A DNA stretch of 64,000 nucleotides from Lytechinus pictus (GCF_037042905.1 NC_087248.1:3782001-3846000); one strand, 5' to 3'; counted from the stretch's first letter, positions 1 through 12,655 are shown. Program-made: numbers and translations. The notes: generated from the letters alone by a model not told the origin.

Positions 1-371
1 TCTTTATCAACATTTTCATTTGAAGAATTCACATCAGAAACAAGTTGAAAAGCAATTGACAAATTCAGTGGAGCAGCATGTGTACTCAATATGTTTTAAA
101 GCTTTTGGTTTCTCAAACTTCCTTTCATATAGAAGATATAGCAAGTTTTAAATTTGTATGAAAATCATGATTATTCATTTTCACTAATCAAATGCAAACT
201 GTATTCTTACTGTTTTGTAACTGTAAAATGCAGATCGTTTATCATGATGCTTGTGAACTCTTCACTTCTACACATACAAATGTATCTTGTTACAGAAGAA
301 CCATTTGTCATAATTAATGAGAAGTATTGCTACATGAGTAATAATGAAGGGGGGGGGGTATGCCTACTTAC

Positions 372-510
372 CCGATGGAGTTGAACCAAAGACCCTGATG
401 ACTGGGACCTGTTTGACCTCTGACCCCCTGAATTCTGAGAAGGTCACATCCAAATCTTCAATAGGGGAAGTCTGGTAGTAGTTGAAGGTCACAATTCTTA
501 CAGAAAACAT
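372..510 (-). CDS. REV3L: First coding exon of DNA polymerase zeta catalytic subunit (gene continues off left edge)
   Basis: Minus strand reads MFSVRIVTFNYYQTSPIEDLDVTFSEFRGSEVKQVPVIRVFGSTPS-G, matching the REV3L N-terminus as I recall it (MFSVRIVTADYY...KVPVVRVFGATPAG). It ends at a phase-1 donor G|gtaagt; acceptor ttcactag| puts the exon start at 552. Confidence 0.95.
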
Positions 511-523
511 CTTGTCTGGTTGA

Positions 524-544
524 CTACATGCAGTTTGCAATCAT
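524..544 (-). promoter_or_regulatory. Upstream ORF (MIANCM*) in REV3L 5' UTR
   Basis: ATG ATT GCA AAC TGC ATG TAG lies inside the spliced exon and ends 13 nt before the REV3L ATG. Confidence 0.75.
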
Positions 545-1379
545 CTCTATTCCTAGTGAAGAAATAACAAGTATGAATAATTAAATGGTGCATGCATGAG
601 AAATCAATCTTAATCTTTATTACCAAAAAAAAAAAGTTTTGGCAACTTCATTTGTTGGATTGGGAATGTATTAAGTAGGTTCAGTTTAATAACCCAGGCA
701 CCACACAAAAATTCCTATTTACCGTGTTTTCTTTTTATCAGTTCTGTTGTGTAAGACATTAAAGTTATTGTCTAGCTTCATACAGGGGCTAAAATATTTT
801 TATCTTGCTGCTAAGGCTGTAATAATAATTTTGCAAACATTTGCATAAGACAGGAATCACCTGAAACTTTGAAACCAATTGGTTGCTTTCTTGCTGTGAT
901 AATGGTGACTAAAATAGTAACCTTTTACTTATTGTGAAACATGAAGTGATACATGTACTTATGAAATCAAATCATATTGTCAGGGTTTCCTAAACTGTCT
1001 GCTTGACACATTATTGTATGCACTGACAGCATATAGGGCTCAACAGCTCATTCTTTGCAAACCTCCAGAGTTACCCAAATCCCTTGAATATTTAGTATTT
1101 GCCCAAGAATAATACTGATATATACTATGTAGTTCAACTTCATGTTAAACTCTCAGTCATTCACCTTCACTTGTTTACAAACTCCCCCAATGTCATCTTA
1201 GAATCCCAAATCCCCCATTAACTCCTAAACCCTGACCATAAAAGACCAACCATCAGTTACATCAGCTAGCTTCAAGGAACAAAAGATATAAGAAGTATGA
1301 CTCATAATACCAGCCAATTGAGTCCAATATTTGGCAAAACACAAGCTTCTGGTAGTAAGTAAATAATTTCCGTTTACCA

Positions 1380-1644
1380 TAATTTTTCAATTTTATTTTT
1401 TATGACATTAATATTCAACATTTGCACTCCAGAAATACACATGATTTGTGTTTGATTCAAAGATTGTATTTTTGTTTTGGTCCAATTATGCTTAAGTGTT
1501 TGATATTTGGGCACTTTATTCAACCATATTTTTTTCAATTCTATTTTTATATGACATAAATATTCAATATTTGTACCACAGAAATACACATGATTTTTAT
1601 TTGATTCAATGATTGTATTTTTGTTTTGGTCCAATTATGCTTAA
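1380..1644. repeat. Diverged ~150-bp tandem duplication
   Basis: Block cagaaatacacatgattt...gattgtatttttgttttggtccaattatgcttaa occurs twice, ending near 1495 and at 1644. Confidence 0.8.
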
Positions 1645-2032
1645 TTCCAGTAGTTGCAGTAAACACTGATTTCATGAGAAAGTCTGTAAAACCAGGCTTA
1701 ATTATCAGTATATCATCGAGGATCTAGATCTGGTACAGTTACATAAACCAAACTTTGTGAAATCTTGAAATCTACGCTGAAAAATGTTCAGACTGAACTT
1801 CCCCAACACAGATAAGTGCACGTGGGACAGTGTATAATTATTGCTTTGAGTGTCGGGCCCGACGCTCTACCCGAATCCTGTGCTTATTTGCTGATTTCTC
1901 AGCAATTACACAATTTCTTCCAGAATCCTTTGGCACATGCGTTTTATTTATACAAACAGACACTTTGGTGGTCATTTCATTGGATTCTGTACGAACTCAT
2001 TTTGATATCGTTACCAAAACTAGCATTTACCT
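1645..2032. mobile_element. TTAA-flanked non-autonomous DNA element (Kolobok-like), left end eroded
   Basis: TTAA at 1641-1644 and cct|TTAA at 2033-2036. The interrupted tandem unit appears to resume shortly after (gtgtccaatatttgggcact vs gtgtttgatatttgggcact). Confidence 0.5.
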
Positions 2033-2220
2033 TTAAGATCGGACAAGTGTCCAATATTTGGGCACTCTACCATAACGTTACTAGGCCTACTAATGTTAGA
2101 TTTATTTATCTGCACCAAGACAAGTTTCTATGGTGGTGTGACCTTAATTCGTGCCTTAGGCCTACCTAATTTTGTGCACGGTTGAATATCTCTATATCTA
2201 ATTAATATCTTGAAAAACTT

Positions 2221-2380
2221 ATATCACCAACAGAAAAAGCGACCCAAAATTATCAGTATCATTATTTTTTTTAGGTAAACTGGTAAGGTCTCAATTTGTG
2301 AAAATAACTGATATCACCAACAGAAAAAGCGACCCAAAATTACTCAGTATCGTTATTTTTTTTAGGTAAGGTCTCAATTC
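2221..2380. repeat. ~90-bp tandem duplication
   Basis: atatcaccaacagaaaaagcgacccaaaatta...ttttaggtaa is present twice. Confidence 0.85.
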
Positions 2381-3160
2381 ATGAAAATATTGGCAATCAG
2401 CAAATTTTGTTACCTTTTGCGTCCACTCCGAGAAAATCCGATCTTCTCGGCAAGCATAAAAAAATTGCCAGTTTGCAAGCAGAGGTCTCAAGATAAGTAC
2501 GTAAAATCGGATACCATCCGATTTTATGTCATTTTAACCTCAATCTTATATAATTATCTTACCTTTGTCTGCTTGATTTTGTTTCTAATGTTTTGCAAAA
2601 CGATCGTGCGCAAATTAAGGTCACACTTTTTCAGCCGAGCGCGCACTAGTCGATCGCCATGGAATTTTGAGATCGCGATACGAGCGAAACCCTTGACCTA
2701 CTTTACAATTCCGTCAAGCGAATTTGACTTTAGGATCTTGCCTTCTATCTGGTATTTATGATTTTGATCAATTTTGTGTGAACTGTGAGAAATCACTCAC
2801 ACGTATTGCGAGGTTAGTATTAGTATACTAATGGTATACTATATAGTGAGACCACCACATATCGACCACCTCTTTTGAAACCGACCACCTTGCGCGCATT
2901 AAAATTATTGTGTATTACAAACGATACGTGCGGGAGTGTAGGCGCAGTTTCCATAGGAATGGTAAGAATCGATTTTACGAGATAACAAAAGAGGGGAAAG
3001 GGCAAAAATTTAGTAGAATTTATCAAAATTATTTTGACAAGACCCAAACTCGCCCCGTTTCCGATAGGGAACGGCTTTAGAACAAATATCCGTCGTCAAT
3101 CGTGGAATCATGTGCCGGAGCTTGCAGTGTGGGTAGTGAGACAATGATTTAGCATGTTGA

Positions 3161-4522
3161 CTGGCCGAAGTACTGGCCGAAGTGGAAGATACTGCCGATT
3201 TAACTGTTGCAGATTCGTCTGAAATCAACATCAGCGATTACACAATAAATGAAGAGGACACAACAAAGAAAGCAAGAAGAGTTGTTGATTTTTCATCAGT
3301 CCCAGAGATTGACAGGAAGAAGGATCACAAGACAAGCAAGGGTAAAAAGAAAGCAGAAACCAGTAAGTCTGTAAAACCAAAATCTAAACCCAGAAATGAC
3401 AATACCAAGAATGGATTCAAATGTTCCAAGTGCAATACGATGACAAACCGTATGATTGAATGTGAACTTTGTGATAAGTGGTCTTGCTTACCATGTCAAG
3501 AGATGAATGATGAAGTGTATTCATTTATTAGTTCATGCAATAACAAGCAAGTACACTGGTTCTGTATTGACTGTGACAAAAAAGCACTGAAAGTAGCCAA
3601 GAATGCTCTGACATCAATGAACATAGACCAGGAAGGAAGTCAAATTCAAATTAACTCTGATGATGTTGATAAGTTGGCAAACAAAGTAGGAGAAAAATTT
3701 AATGAAAATGTTGCCAAAATCATATCCCAAGCCCAACAGTCGATCAAGGTCATGATAGGCAAAGGAGAGAAGAGATTGAGAAAATCATATGCGGAAGTGG
3801 CAAGTTCTAACTTAGCTAGCCATACTGTTAGCCGGAATACAAAATCAGGCACCACACAGGCCTTCTCTGAACATGGTCATAAGGATGATCTGAATATTAG
3901 CAAACCCTCAGATGTGGTGAATATGGTGACGATGGAAGAAGTGGTTGAAAGGGAAAAGAGAAAGAACAACTTGATTATCCACAACGTTCAGGAATCGTCC
4001 TCTGACCAGTATCAAGAGAGGCAAGAAGCAGATATCCGTACTTTCCAAGACATTCTGAAAGAGTTGAATATCAAAAATGTGAAGCCAGTCAAATCCATCA
4101 GACTTTGTGGAAGAAACCAAAACAAAAGGACCAAGCCAAGGGTTCTTTTAGTAGAGCTGGAGTCGACAAGAAAGAGAAGGGAGATTCTGGAGAAAGCTAA
4201 AAGCCTAAAAGATTCTGAGGCATGGAAAAATACATACATTTCCCCTGACCTCACACGACTTGAGCGACAAGAAAGATACAAACTCAGACAAGAATTGAAG
4301 CAAAGACGAGAAGGTGGGGAAATGAATCTCGTCATACGAAGAGGAAGGATAGTTCAAATGGCCAACCGAAATACCAAGCAAACAAGAAAGGGAAATGAGC
4401 AGGTTGTGACCCAGAATGAATCCAATAATCAGAATGGTGCTGAAGTGATCTGTGATAGTAATGACAGTGAAGCCGAGGAAGAGTTGCTCGGAGCCGTGGG
4501 TGGTTCGGAGGATGAGCAATGA
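3161..4522 (+). CDS. LINE ORF1 protein (PHD finger, coiled coil, RRM-like L1/CR1 ORF1 C-terminal region)
   Basis: CxxC..CxxC..C..C..WFCxxC PHD pattern and the typical RKNNLIIHNVQES...R.G...PRVLLV...IYISPDLT.LER motifs. The frame is open from CTG 3161; the first ATG is not until 3440. Confidence 0.85.
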   Translation: MAEVLAEVEDTADLTVADSSEINISDYTINEEDTTKKARRVVDFSSVPEIDRKKDHKTSKGKKKAETSKSVKPKSKPRNDNTKNGFKCSKCNTMTNRMIECELCDKWSCLPCQEMNDEVYSFISSCNNKQVHWFCIDCDKKALKVAKNALTSMNIDQEGSQIQINSDDVDKLANKVGEKFNENVAKIISQAQQSIKVMIGKGEKRLRKSYAEVASSNLASHTVSRNTKSGTTQAFSEHGHKDDLNISKPSDVVNMVTMEEVVEREKRKNNLIIHNVQESSSDQYQERQEADIRTFQDILKELNIKNVKPVKSIRLCGRNQNKRTKPRVLLVELESTRKRREILEKAKSLKDSEAWKNTYISPDLTRLERQERYKLRQELKQRREGGEMNLVIRRGRIVQMANRNTKQTRKGNEQVVTQNESNNQNGAEVICDSNDSEAEEELLGAVGGSEDEQ

Positions 4523-7429
4523 CTGAATGAGCGTGTCCACACACAAGTACAGGATCATGAAGAAGTGAAAGATTTTGAAGTAGCGCAAGAAACAACTCAT
4601 GCAGCTAATAGAAAATTGACAGTATGGTACACAAATGCAGATTCTTTAAGTAACAAAATGGAGGAGCTTACTCTGGCAATAGCACAGAACAATTCAGACA
4701 TTGTGATGATAAATGAAGTACTACCAAAATCAAGTGCCTTCAGTCATTCAGCAATTTCGTACAGTATTGAAGGTTATGATATGTTTTCCAATCTTGACAC
4801 TGGTGCTAAGAGAGGGGTGTCTATATACTGTAAGAAAGCCTTGAAAGCAAAGGAAGTGCATTTCGACTCTGATTTTCAGGAAATGATTTGGTGCAAGATA
4901 AATTTGCTTAAGAAGAAGGAGCATCTCTTACTTGGTTGTTTGTATCGCAGCCCGTCTAGTGAAAAAGCAAACTCTGACCAACTTTGTGATCTTATAGGTA
5001 TAATAAGCGATAGTCAGGATTCACACGTAATGATAGTTGGAGACTTCAACTTACCTGAAACAAACTGGAAAAGTTTGCAAGTAGAAGCACCTAGTAATCA
5101 CCCAGCACATATGTTTCTCGACGCACTACAAAGCAAGGATATGGTCTAGCATGTAAGAGACCCTACTAGATATCGGGAAGGACAGAGAGCAAACATTCTA
5201 GATCTGGTCATTACTGATGATGACCATATCATTCAGGAAGTGTCCCACCAGTCACCTATAGGAAAGAGTGATCACTGCAGCCTCGTTATTGATGTTTGCA
5301 TTGATGATGAACTTCCGAAGGAGAAAAGACCTGATCGATATGTAATGTATAAGGGAGATTTTGAAAAAATGAAAGATGATCTTTGTTCTGTTGACTGGGA
5401 CAATACATTGAAGGATAAATGCTGCACTGAGACATGGACAGTGATTTTAGACATGCTACATTCTTTGATGGAGAAGTATATCCCCAAAGCCAGTAATAAG
5501 AAGCAAAAGAAAAGGAGTATTTACATGACCAAAGATGCATTGATCCTCCAAAAGAGGAAAAGCCACTTGTGGGATAAGTACCGGAAGTCAAGATCAAGAT
5601 ATTATTATGACAGGTATAGAGAAGTTAGTAATGAACTTCGGAGTCTTACACGACAGCTCAGGAAGGATCATGAGGACGATCTCATCAGTAACATTGGATC
5701 GAATCCAAAGGGTTTCTGGAACTATGCTAGCCACAAGAAAAAAGCAAGAGTTGGAATTGGAGACTTGAATAATGATGATGGGAGTCCCATTCATTCAGAC
5801 CAAGGAAAGGCAGAAGCTTTGAACACATACTTTGCTAGTGTCTTTACCAGTGAAAATGTGAATTACCTGCCTGATCTAACAGGAATTAATCACGGTGAGG
5901 CAGTCATTAAGGAAGTGACGGTAAATCCAGACATAGTAGAAAAGAAACTCAGGAATCTGAATGGTAACAAGTCTGCTGGGCCAGACAACATTCATCCCAG
6001 ATTCATAAAGGAACTGGCTAGAGAACTGGCAGAACCAATGTCAGTCCTTTCCAACAGATCATTGGAAGAGGCAAAACTTCCTGAGGACTGGAAAGCAAGA
6101 AATGTCACGCCAATTCACAAGAAGGGAAGTCGGAAAGCTATGGAGAACTACAGACCAGTTACTCTAGCATCAGTTGATGGGAAGCAGCTTGAGAGTATCA
6201 TTAGAGATGCCGTGATGAAATTCTTGGAAAGGAATAACCTTCTCTCCGACTGTCAACACGGCTTTGTTAATGGACGGTCGTGTATGACCCAGCTTTTATT
6301 GGTCATTGAAGAATGGACTAGGATATTAGACGATAGCCAACCTATTGATGTTTTATATCTAGGCTTTTGATGCAGTACCTCATGAAAGACTTTTATTGAA
6401 GCTGAAAGCTTATGGAATTGAGAACCCTCTTCTTGCCTGGATTAGTGCCTTCCTGAAAGGCAGAAAGCAAAGAGTGGCTATAAATGGAGTGACATCATCT
6501 TGGACAGATGTTAAGAGTGGCATACCGCAAGGGAGTATCCTCGGGCCCATCCTATTTGTCATTTTTATTAATGACTTGCCTAGTGACATAAACTCCAGGA
6601 TCTTACTCTTTGCGGATGATACTAAGATGTACAGAGCAGTAGGGAATGATGAAGAATCCCAGGCCTTACAGGCAGACCTGTCCAAACTTACCATGTGGGC
6701 TGAAAAATGGCAACTTCCTTTCAACCAGAATAAGTGTACAGTTCTTCACTTTGGGAAAAATAACAAGAAAGATAAATATCACATGAATGGAGATGAAGTT
6801 GCCTCATCCACCAGAGAAAAGGACCTGGGAGTATTGATTGACTCGGAACTCAAATTTCATGAGCATATATCAATGGAAGTAAGCAAAGCCTATCAGCTCC
6901 TTGGTATTATCAGACGGACTTTTACTCAACTGGACACAAGGACCCTAAGGATTTTGTTTAAGGCATTGGTAAGACCACACCTAGAGTATGGCAACATCTT
7001 GTGGAACACTCGATGGAAAGAAGATGCGGATAAAATTGAGAAAGTCCAGAGAAGAGCAACTAAGATGGTGCAGGAGATAAAAGAACTCCCCTACACAGAT
7101 AGATTAAAAGTATTGGACTTACACTCCCTGTATTATAGAAGAAGGAGAGGAGATGCCATTATGGTATTTAAAATACTGAAAGAAATGGTCAAGATGGACT
7201 CAAGTCACTTTTTCTTGCCATCAACTAGTTCACATCTTCGAGGTCATACGTTAAAGATATTCAAGGAACGATCAAGACTCGACATACGCAAATGCGTTTT
7301 TAGTAACCGGGTAGTGAATGACTGGAATAGCCTCCCCCAAGAAGTTATTGACTCAGGCTCCATCAATGTACAGTATTAAAATTAAGACTCGATAAGTTTT
7401 GGTGGTCTGAGCGTTTCAATCTCCAATGA
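4523..7429 (+). pseudogene. LINE ORF2 (APE endonuclease + reverse transcriptase), disrupted
   Basis: Motifs WYTNADSL, GDFN, SDH, GPD, NYRPV, QHGF, GIPQGSILGP, FADD and WNSLP. In-frame TAG at 5147-5149, a frameshifting deletion in YLDFxKAFD near 6363, and a frameshift near 7375 before RLDKFW. Confidence 0.92.
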
Positions 7430-7553
7430 TCAAAACCGTCTCTACCCTCCACGTGTGCAAGTTTTTGTTCTTATGTAATAACACATCGTATGGAGATGGA
7501 CTGCAATTTCAGATGAAGAGATCGAGGTCAACAGGATTACCTCACCTCGTAAC

Positions 7554-7596
<43 letters not shown>
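7554..7596 (+). repeat. (ATG)n microsatellite tail of the LINE
   Basis: Perfect atg repeat directly after the 3' stem-loop. Confidence 0.95.
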
Positions 7597-8656
7597 CATC
7601 ATAGAACTGATTTGGAAGAGTCAAAATATTTCGCAACCGCGACAAAAATCGGCTGTAAACTTAGTGTATCGCGGGTGGTCGGTTTCAAAAGAAGGGTGCA
7701 AATGTAAAACCGTTGTATTTGTTGTTCGCCGATATATAAGCGAATTGAATTGGAGTCGCCGATCGAAACATGGGAATCTGATCTGCTCAATTTTCTGCAC
7801 AAATGAGACGAAAACTAGGTAAAACTGACAAATATTTTCGCAGATATGATGCTTAGAAAATTAGGTGGTCGATAAGGGGTAGTTCCAACCATATGATATA
7901 GGCCTATGGTGAGAAATTTTGATTGAAAATCAACTTCATGATAATTTTTAAAATATGCGCAAAATATGGTCACCCCATCATACAATTGCTACTACCAAAT
8001 AATAACTAACAAGTACAAGCACACGCTCTCTCTCTAAAAAAAAACACAAAAAAACCCTAGGCCTACAAAAATCAGTAACAATCTCATTTATCGCAAAAAT
8101 AAAAATCATCATACTTATAAGATGAATTACAGACATGGATAACTGCATACGGGACTGAAGTAAAACCCAAACTTGCATTTTTAATTATCTGCATATGCGC
8201 TCGCGTAGAACAGATATAATAAAACATATACTCACTTTAAGCTATAAATATGCTTCTACTTTATCTACTCCTTGAATTCGTCGAACATTCAGAAGAAAAG
8301 ATTACATTTTCAGGCGCAGGCGAGTCAAAACATGATCATGGTCCAAGACAAATTCACGATCCAGGGTTATTTTTGTGACTCATCGACAAGCCTTTATTTA
8401 TAATGACGAGAGAGGGCGCACGTCCGAAAGACATTTTCTCAGCTTGAGGCTTTTGAACAAAGGGAGTCTTGTGGTGTCCATTTATGGGCAGAGAGATCAA
8501 AAATATGTGCATCTAAACTCCATTTAACCGGATTATTCTATATCAAATCATGCTGTACACTGAAATGAGCTATAATTTAAGACAAATTTTAGTTTTCGTA
8601 GACAGATTTTGTCAATTTTTCATCCCATTGTCTCACGATCGGGTTTGGTATCTTTG

Positions 8657-8761
8657 TGACGTCACGTATACTAATTAGAAATTCCTCTGTGATAGCTTGG
8701 GAAATCATCATTGTTCTACCAGAAGGACGCGTGGACGGCACGCGACACCCTCGTGACGTCA
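8657..8761. promoter_or_regulatory. Two palindromic CRE sites in a CpG-containing region (candidate promoter/enhancer)
   Basis: TGACGTCA at 8657-8664 and 8754-8761, with CCAAT near 8784. Target gene unproven. Confidence 0.35.
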
Positions 8762-11700
8762 GATATTATTTATTAACGGGTCACCAATATAGACCTATAC
8801 TCGTTGCCTCTTGTGCGTCAAGGTTTTTCCATTTTCTCAGTTCAGACTTTTCAAATAATGTAACAACTAATAATAATAATAAAAACAACTTTAAATTTTC
8901 TTGGCGTGTGAAAAAAATGGGGATAGTATTACCCTTATAATTATCTTCGAAACCATCATTTAGAGGCAAATGGAAAAGATGTGGGGTAAGATGGAGCCGC
9001 GTAAGTGGCCGGGGGGGGGGGGATCCGGCTAGCCATGCAAAAAGAAAAAAAAAATCACAATCAGATGGCATTTTCTAAGAAGCCCCCCCCCCCCGCCCGA
9101 ATCGGTTCCAAGGCCCCCGAGATGACCAATTTACGGTAATAAATTCATTTCATTGGTGTTATATGAAGTACAGACTCCTTTAGACCTTTGGTTTAGTCCC
9201 GGTAGTGTTTCAGATCTACCTCTGACGCCTGGAAACAGCGCTTGGTGTGACATCATGATCAAGTCTTTTTTTATTTAAGTTATCTTGATCAAGTCTAACG
9301 GTTTAATTAGAAGAGCCTCTTTATTCTTTTGAAAAGTGCACAGTTCAAAAGTAGGTCTACCGGGGCAGCTAGGGGTTGTGCCATCGGGTATTTATAGTAT
9401 TTCCATTAGAGGGAGAAGAGCACTGATTTCAAAGTCTTACACCCCCCCCCCCCTTAAAAAAGGTGCATGAAATATTATGTTGCAATTATGTATCATTTTT
9501 TTGTCAATTTGTTTTTACTGTACTAATAGGCTTGCTTGTATTATTGCCTGGTTGAGGATTAGTGTTATGTCAGTAATCATTATCCTCAAGATATTGCTGG
9601 GTATACATGAAAATAATACAGACATTTACTGAATTACCAGCATAGAATGGGCTGTTCATGACTGAAAAATATCAAAGAATGTCAAAAATATTGCTTTATT
9701 TGATTCGTCGCATTTTGTGTACTTTGAGTAAACTTAATTCCCATTTCAGAAAGCGGTTATCAAACATTACTTACCCTCAGGCGTAATTATGCATAAAATT
9801 AAATGAAATGAAACTGTTTTATGGAATAAGAATAAAACGTTCATTTATCATGTAAGGAACAGTTCATTTAATTGGTACTTAATTCAAACTGCTGTTTTCA
9901 TTGTATCAATTTCTTAGGTTCAATCAATTTGATGCACCCTGCCAAAGAAGTCAGTGTGGACAGTTGTTTTGGCGTCAACTGATAGAGACCTCATGAGGCC
10001 TTTATGACCACGGCATCTTTTAGAAACGTCATTTTGACAACTTTTCTTAAATAAATATATATATGTCTTTTAAGGCACTCAAAAGTATCATGCCCCACAC
10101 CTCATGTTTAACCCTTTTCTTCTTAAAAAAAAAAACATACTGAGCAAAAGTGGCTCTCTGATTATTCAGGTTTCTAATGATAATTTGCCGATATTTTGAT
10201 TAGTCATACTAATTGTATAGGGGAAGACTTGCAATTGAAAAGTACGAAATAACAACAAATAGACAAAAAACAATTAACACAACTGAAAATCCACAAGATT
10301 TTATAAAAATGCGTGCTTTAATTCTTTTCATGATACACATTCATAATCACTCATTGAATAGTTAGCGCCTGACATTCAATTTACTTATTTTGTTAATAAC
10401 ACTATTACATGTAGTATAAAGGTGTAGAGCAGAGGAACTGTCAGATTTGTAAGCCTATCATTCTCAATTTTTGTCCATCTAATGGTCCATCTAAAATAAC
10501 CGATATAGGTATAGTCCAAACAAAATTTCAGCTAATTCCGTCAGTTTTATTTTGCATTGAAAGTATATGCACTCAAATTGGGTATAATATCGAACACAAT
10601 GGATTCACCTTTAAATTTAACTTACTGTGGTAAATGTATAAGAAAAAAGAAACCTCATAGTGATTTGTGAAAAAGTATTATCAACAGGGCGGGCCCGGGG
10701 ATAAAAAAAGATCATGTGCCCATCTATGGGGCACAGTATTGCACACAATTAGAAACGTGCGATGATTAGGGATTCATCTTGTGCCACCCTTAAGAGAGAG
10801 GATTAAATCAAGTCAATTTTCAGGGTTGAAACCCTTTAGCAAGTTTAGTCAATGTTTGAGGGAAATTATGACATTTTTATTTGGGCGCAGGTGGCGATAT
10901 AATTTGCTCATTTTAGCATATTGATACCAATAAACGTTCACAACTGCATAACAATGCATTGTCACCAAATGGTAAGCACGGCAACACTAACTTGGAAATA
11001 CTCAATGATGTCAATGACGCCAGTTTTAGAACAACGTACTATAATGGCACGTATGCTATTAATCAAAAAGTTAAAATTTTCATCAACAAACTTTTCTTTT
11101 GTCGTGTTTTGAAAAAATCTTGTTGATCTCTTTAAATGTATAATCAACTTTGTTGTTTTTCGATAGATTTCCATCCAACCATCATTAGTTTGTTCTTTAA
11201 AATGTTTTGCGTTTATTAAAACATTTTTAGTTCAGGAAAAACATCAAATTTAAGGCACTCAGAAATCAAACTAAGCGTAACTTTTAGCCTTTGATATTAT
11301 AGGCCTACTCTCTTCAATATCGTGTTTCAGACTCTCTTACAAAATTCAACTTCGTTGGTTCTACAATGAGGTCATGTCCCCAAGAACTGTTGGGATTTGA
11401 CTCTCGCTTTTGATTGTTTTGGGATTTTGTTTCATAACCATCACCAAAATTAATTACTGGTTACTAGTATATCACTTTTTGCAAAAGGAACGTATATTTT
11501 CAACTTAACACTCTATTTTTTTGTGAAACCAGTCTGAAATTCTATTCAAACATATACTTGTGATAAACTAACCATATCGACATGTACTGTTTACTTTTAG
11601 TGTAACGTGACTCATCAACGCTGTAATATTTTCATTGCTTTAAAGCTGACATATACGATCAATTTAAACTCCATAACTAATACAACCTAAAGCAGTGACA

Positions 11701-12416
11701 CTAAACAAATCATTTGAATAAAAATTGTTGTAACACACGCACATATTCTGAAATCTTTAAATAATCATGAATATATAAATTTTTCCTTTTCGATTATCAA
11801 TTTGCAAATTTCAATTGTATAAAACAAATCTATATCGAGAAGTATTGGTTATTCTGTTGAAGGTTGGAGAGATGGAGAATGTAGATAGACCAGTTGCACT
11901 TTAAGTGTGAAGTTCGTAGTATGAAGATCAATGTACTTATTGAAAAGACACTGATTGGACATAATCAAGAGAGGTAAAATAGCAATCTCCTACTTGATAA
12001 AAGTTGACAGTATTAGAAATGAGTGGAAGAGGATATGGCGTCCACTGTTCTTTCAGATTTTACTTGGCGGATGTATACATCTTGGCTTGAGATGACATAA
12101 TAATTTAGGACTATGTAAAAGTAAAAGTACGTTGATTGTGTATAGTCGACGACAATTATGTTTGATACAGGTCCAATGCTTTTAGCTGACGTCGCTACGC
12201 AGTGCTCATTAGCCTACATACTATAGTGACGTGGAACTCTAAAGTCAAAGTTTGCTTCCTTGCCATGTCAGATGAAATAACGTCACTCAAGAAAGTTGAA
12301 AATGCAGCATGCGTGGTAGTCACTATATGCATTCATGATATGAACTGTAAAACTTTTGCTGACAGTCATTATCGGTATATAATGTCACAAATAAATAAAA
12401 ATAAAATATAATACGT

Positions 12417-12655
12417 TCATTGTTTCTTTGGTATGAAGTAGAGTTCTTTCGTGAGTGTTGACACAAAACATGGCATCTGCTTTCGCCCGTTATATCTCAC
12501 ATCACTGGATATCGATTCATATCGATAGGCAACTGTTCTGTTCACACGTGTCATCATTTGATTTACATCCATACATGTTCCGTATTTCTCAAAGACTGTG
12601 ATAATAGCTTGTATGAACCAGGATCCTTCCTTGAGACTTCGCCACGAGTAGTAAC
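12417..12655 (-). CDS. Caspase exon 6 (small subunit, stop)
   Basis: Acceptor ctcctgcag|GT TAC; reads GYYSWRSLKEGSWFIQ...ELYFIPKKQ*. Confidence 0.96.

Larger units (their letters stand above)
2930..7596 (+). mobile_element. Near full-length CR1/L2-group non-LTR retrotransposon, inactivated (5' boundary approximate)
   Basis: PHD-finger ORF1, APE endonuclease plus RT ORF2, a 3' stem CGAGGT/ACCTCG (7523-7549) and an (ATG)n tail at 7554-7596. No TSD identified. Confidence 0.93.
2850..7880. mobile_element. Inverted-repeat element (MITE-like) split by the LINE insertion
   Basis: 2871-2889 tcttttgaaaccgaccacc is the exact reverse complement of 7674-7692. 2860-2871 tatcgaccacct pairs with 7863-7874. 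Confidence 0.55.

Noticed and set aside
3646-6724. Minus-strand ORFs overlapping the LINE
   Set aside because: Antisense shadows of the LINE coding frames, with no motifs.
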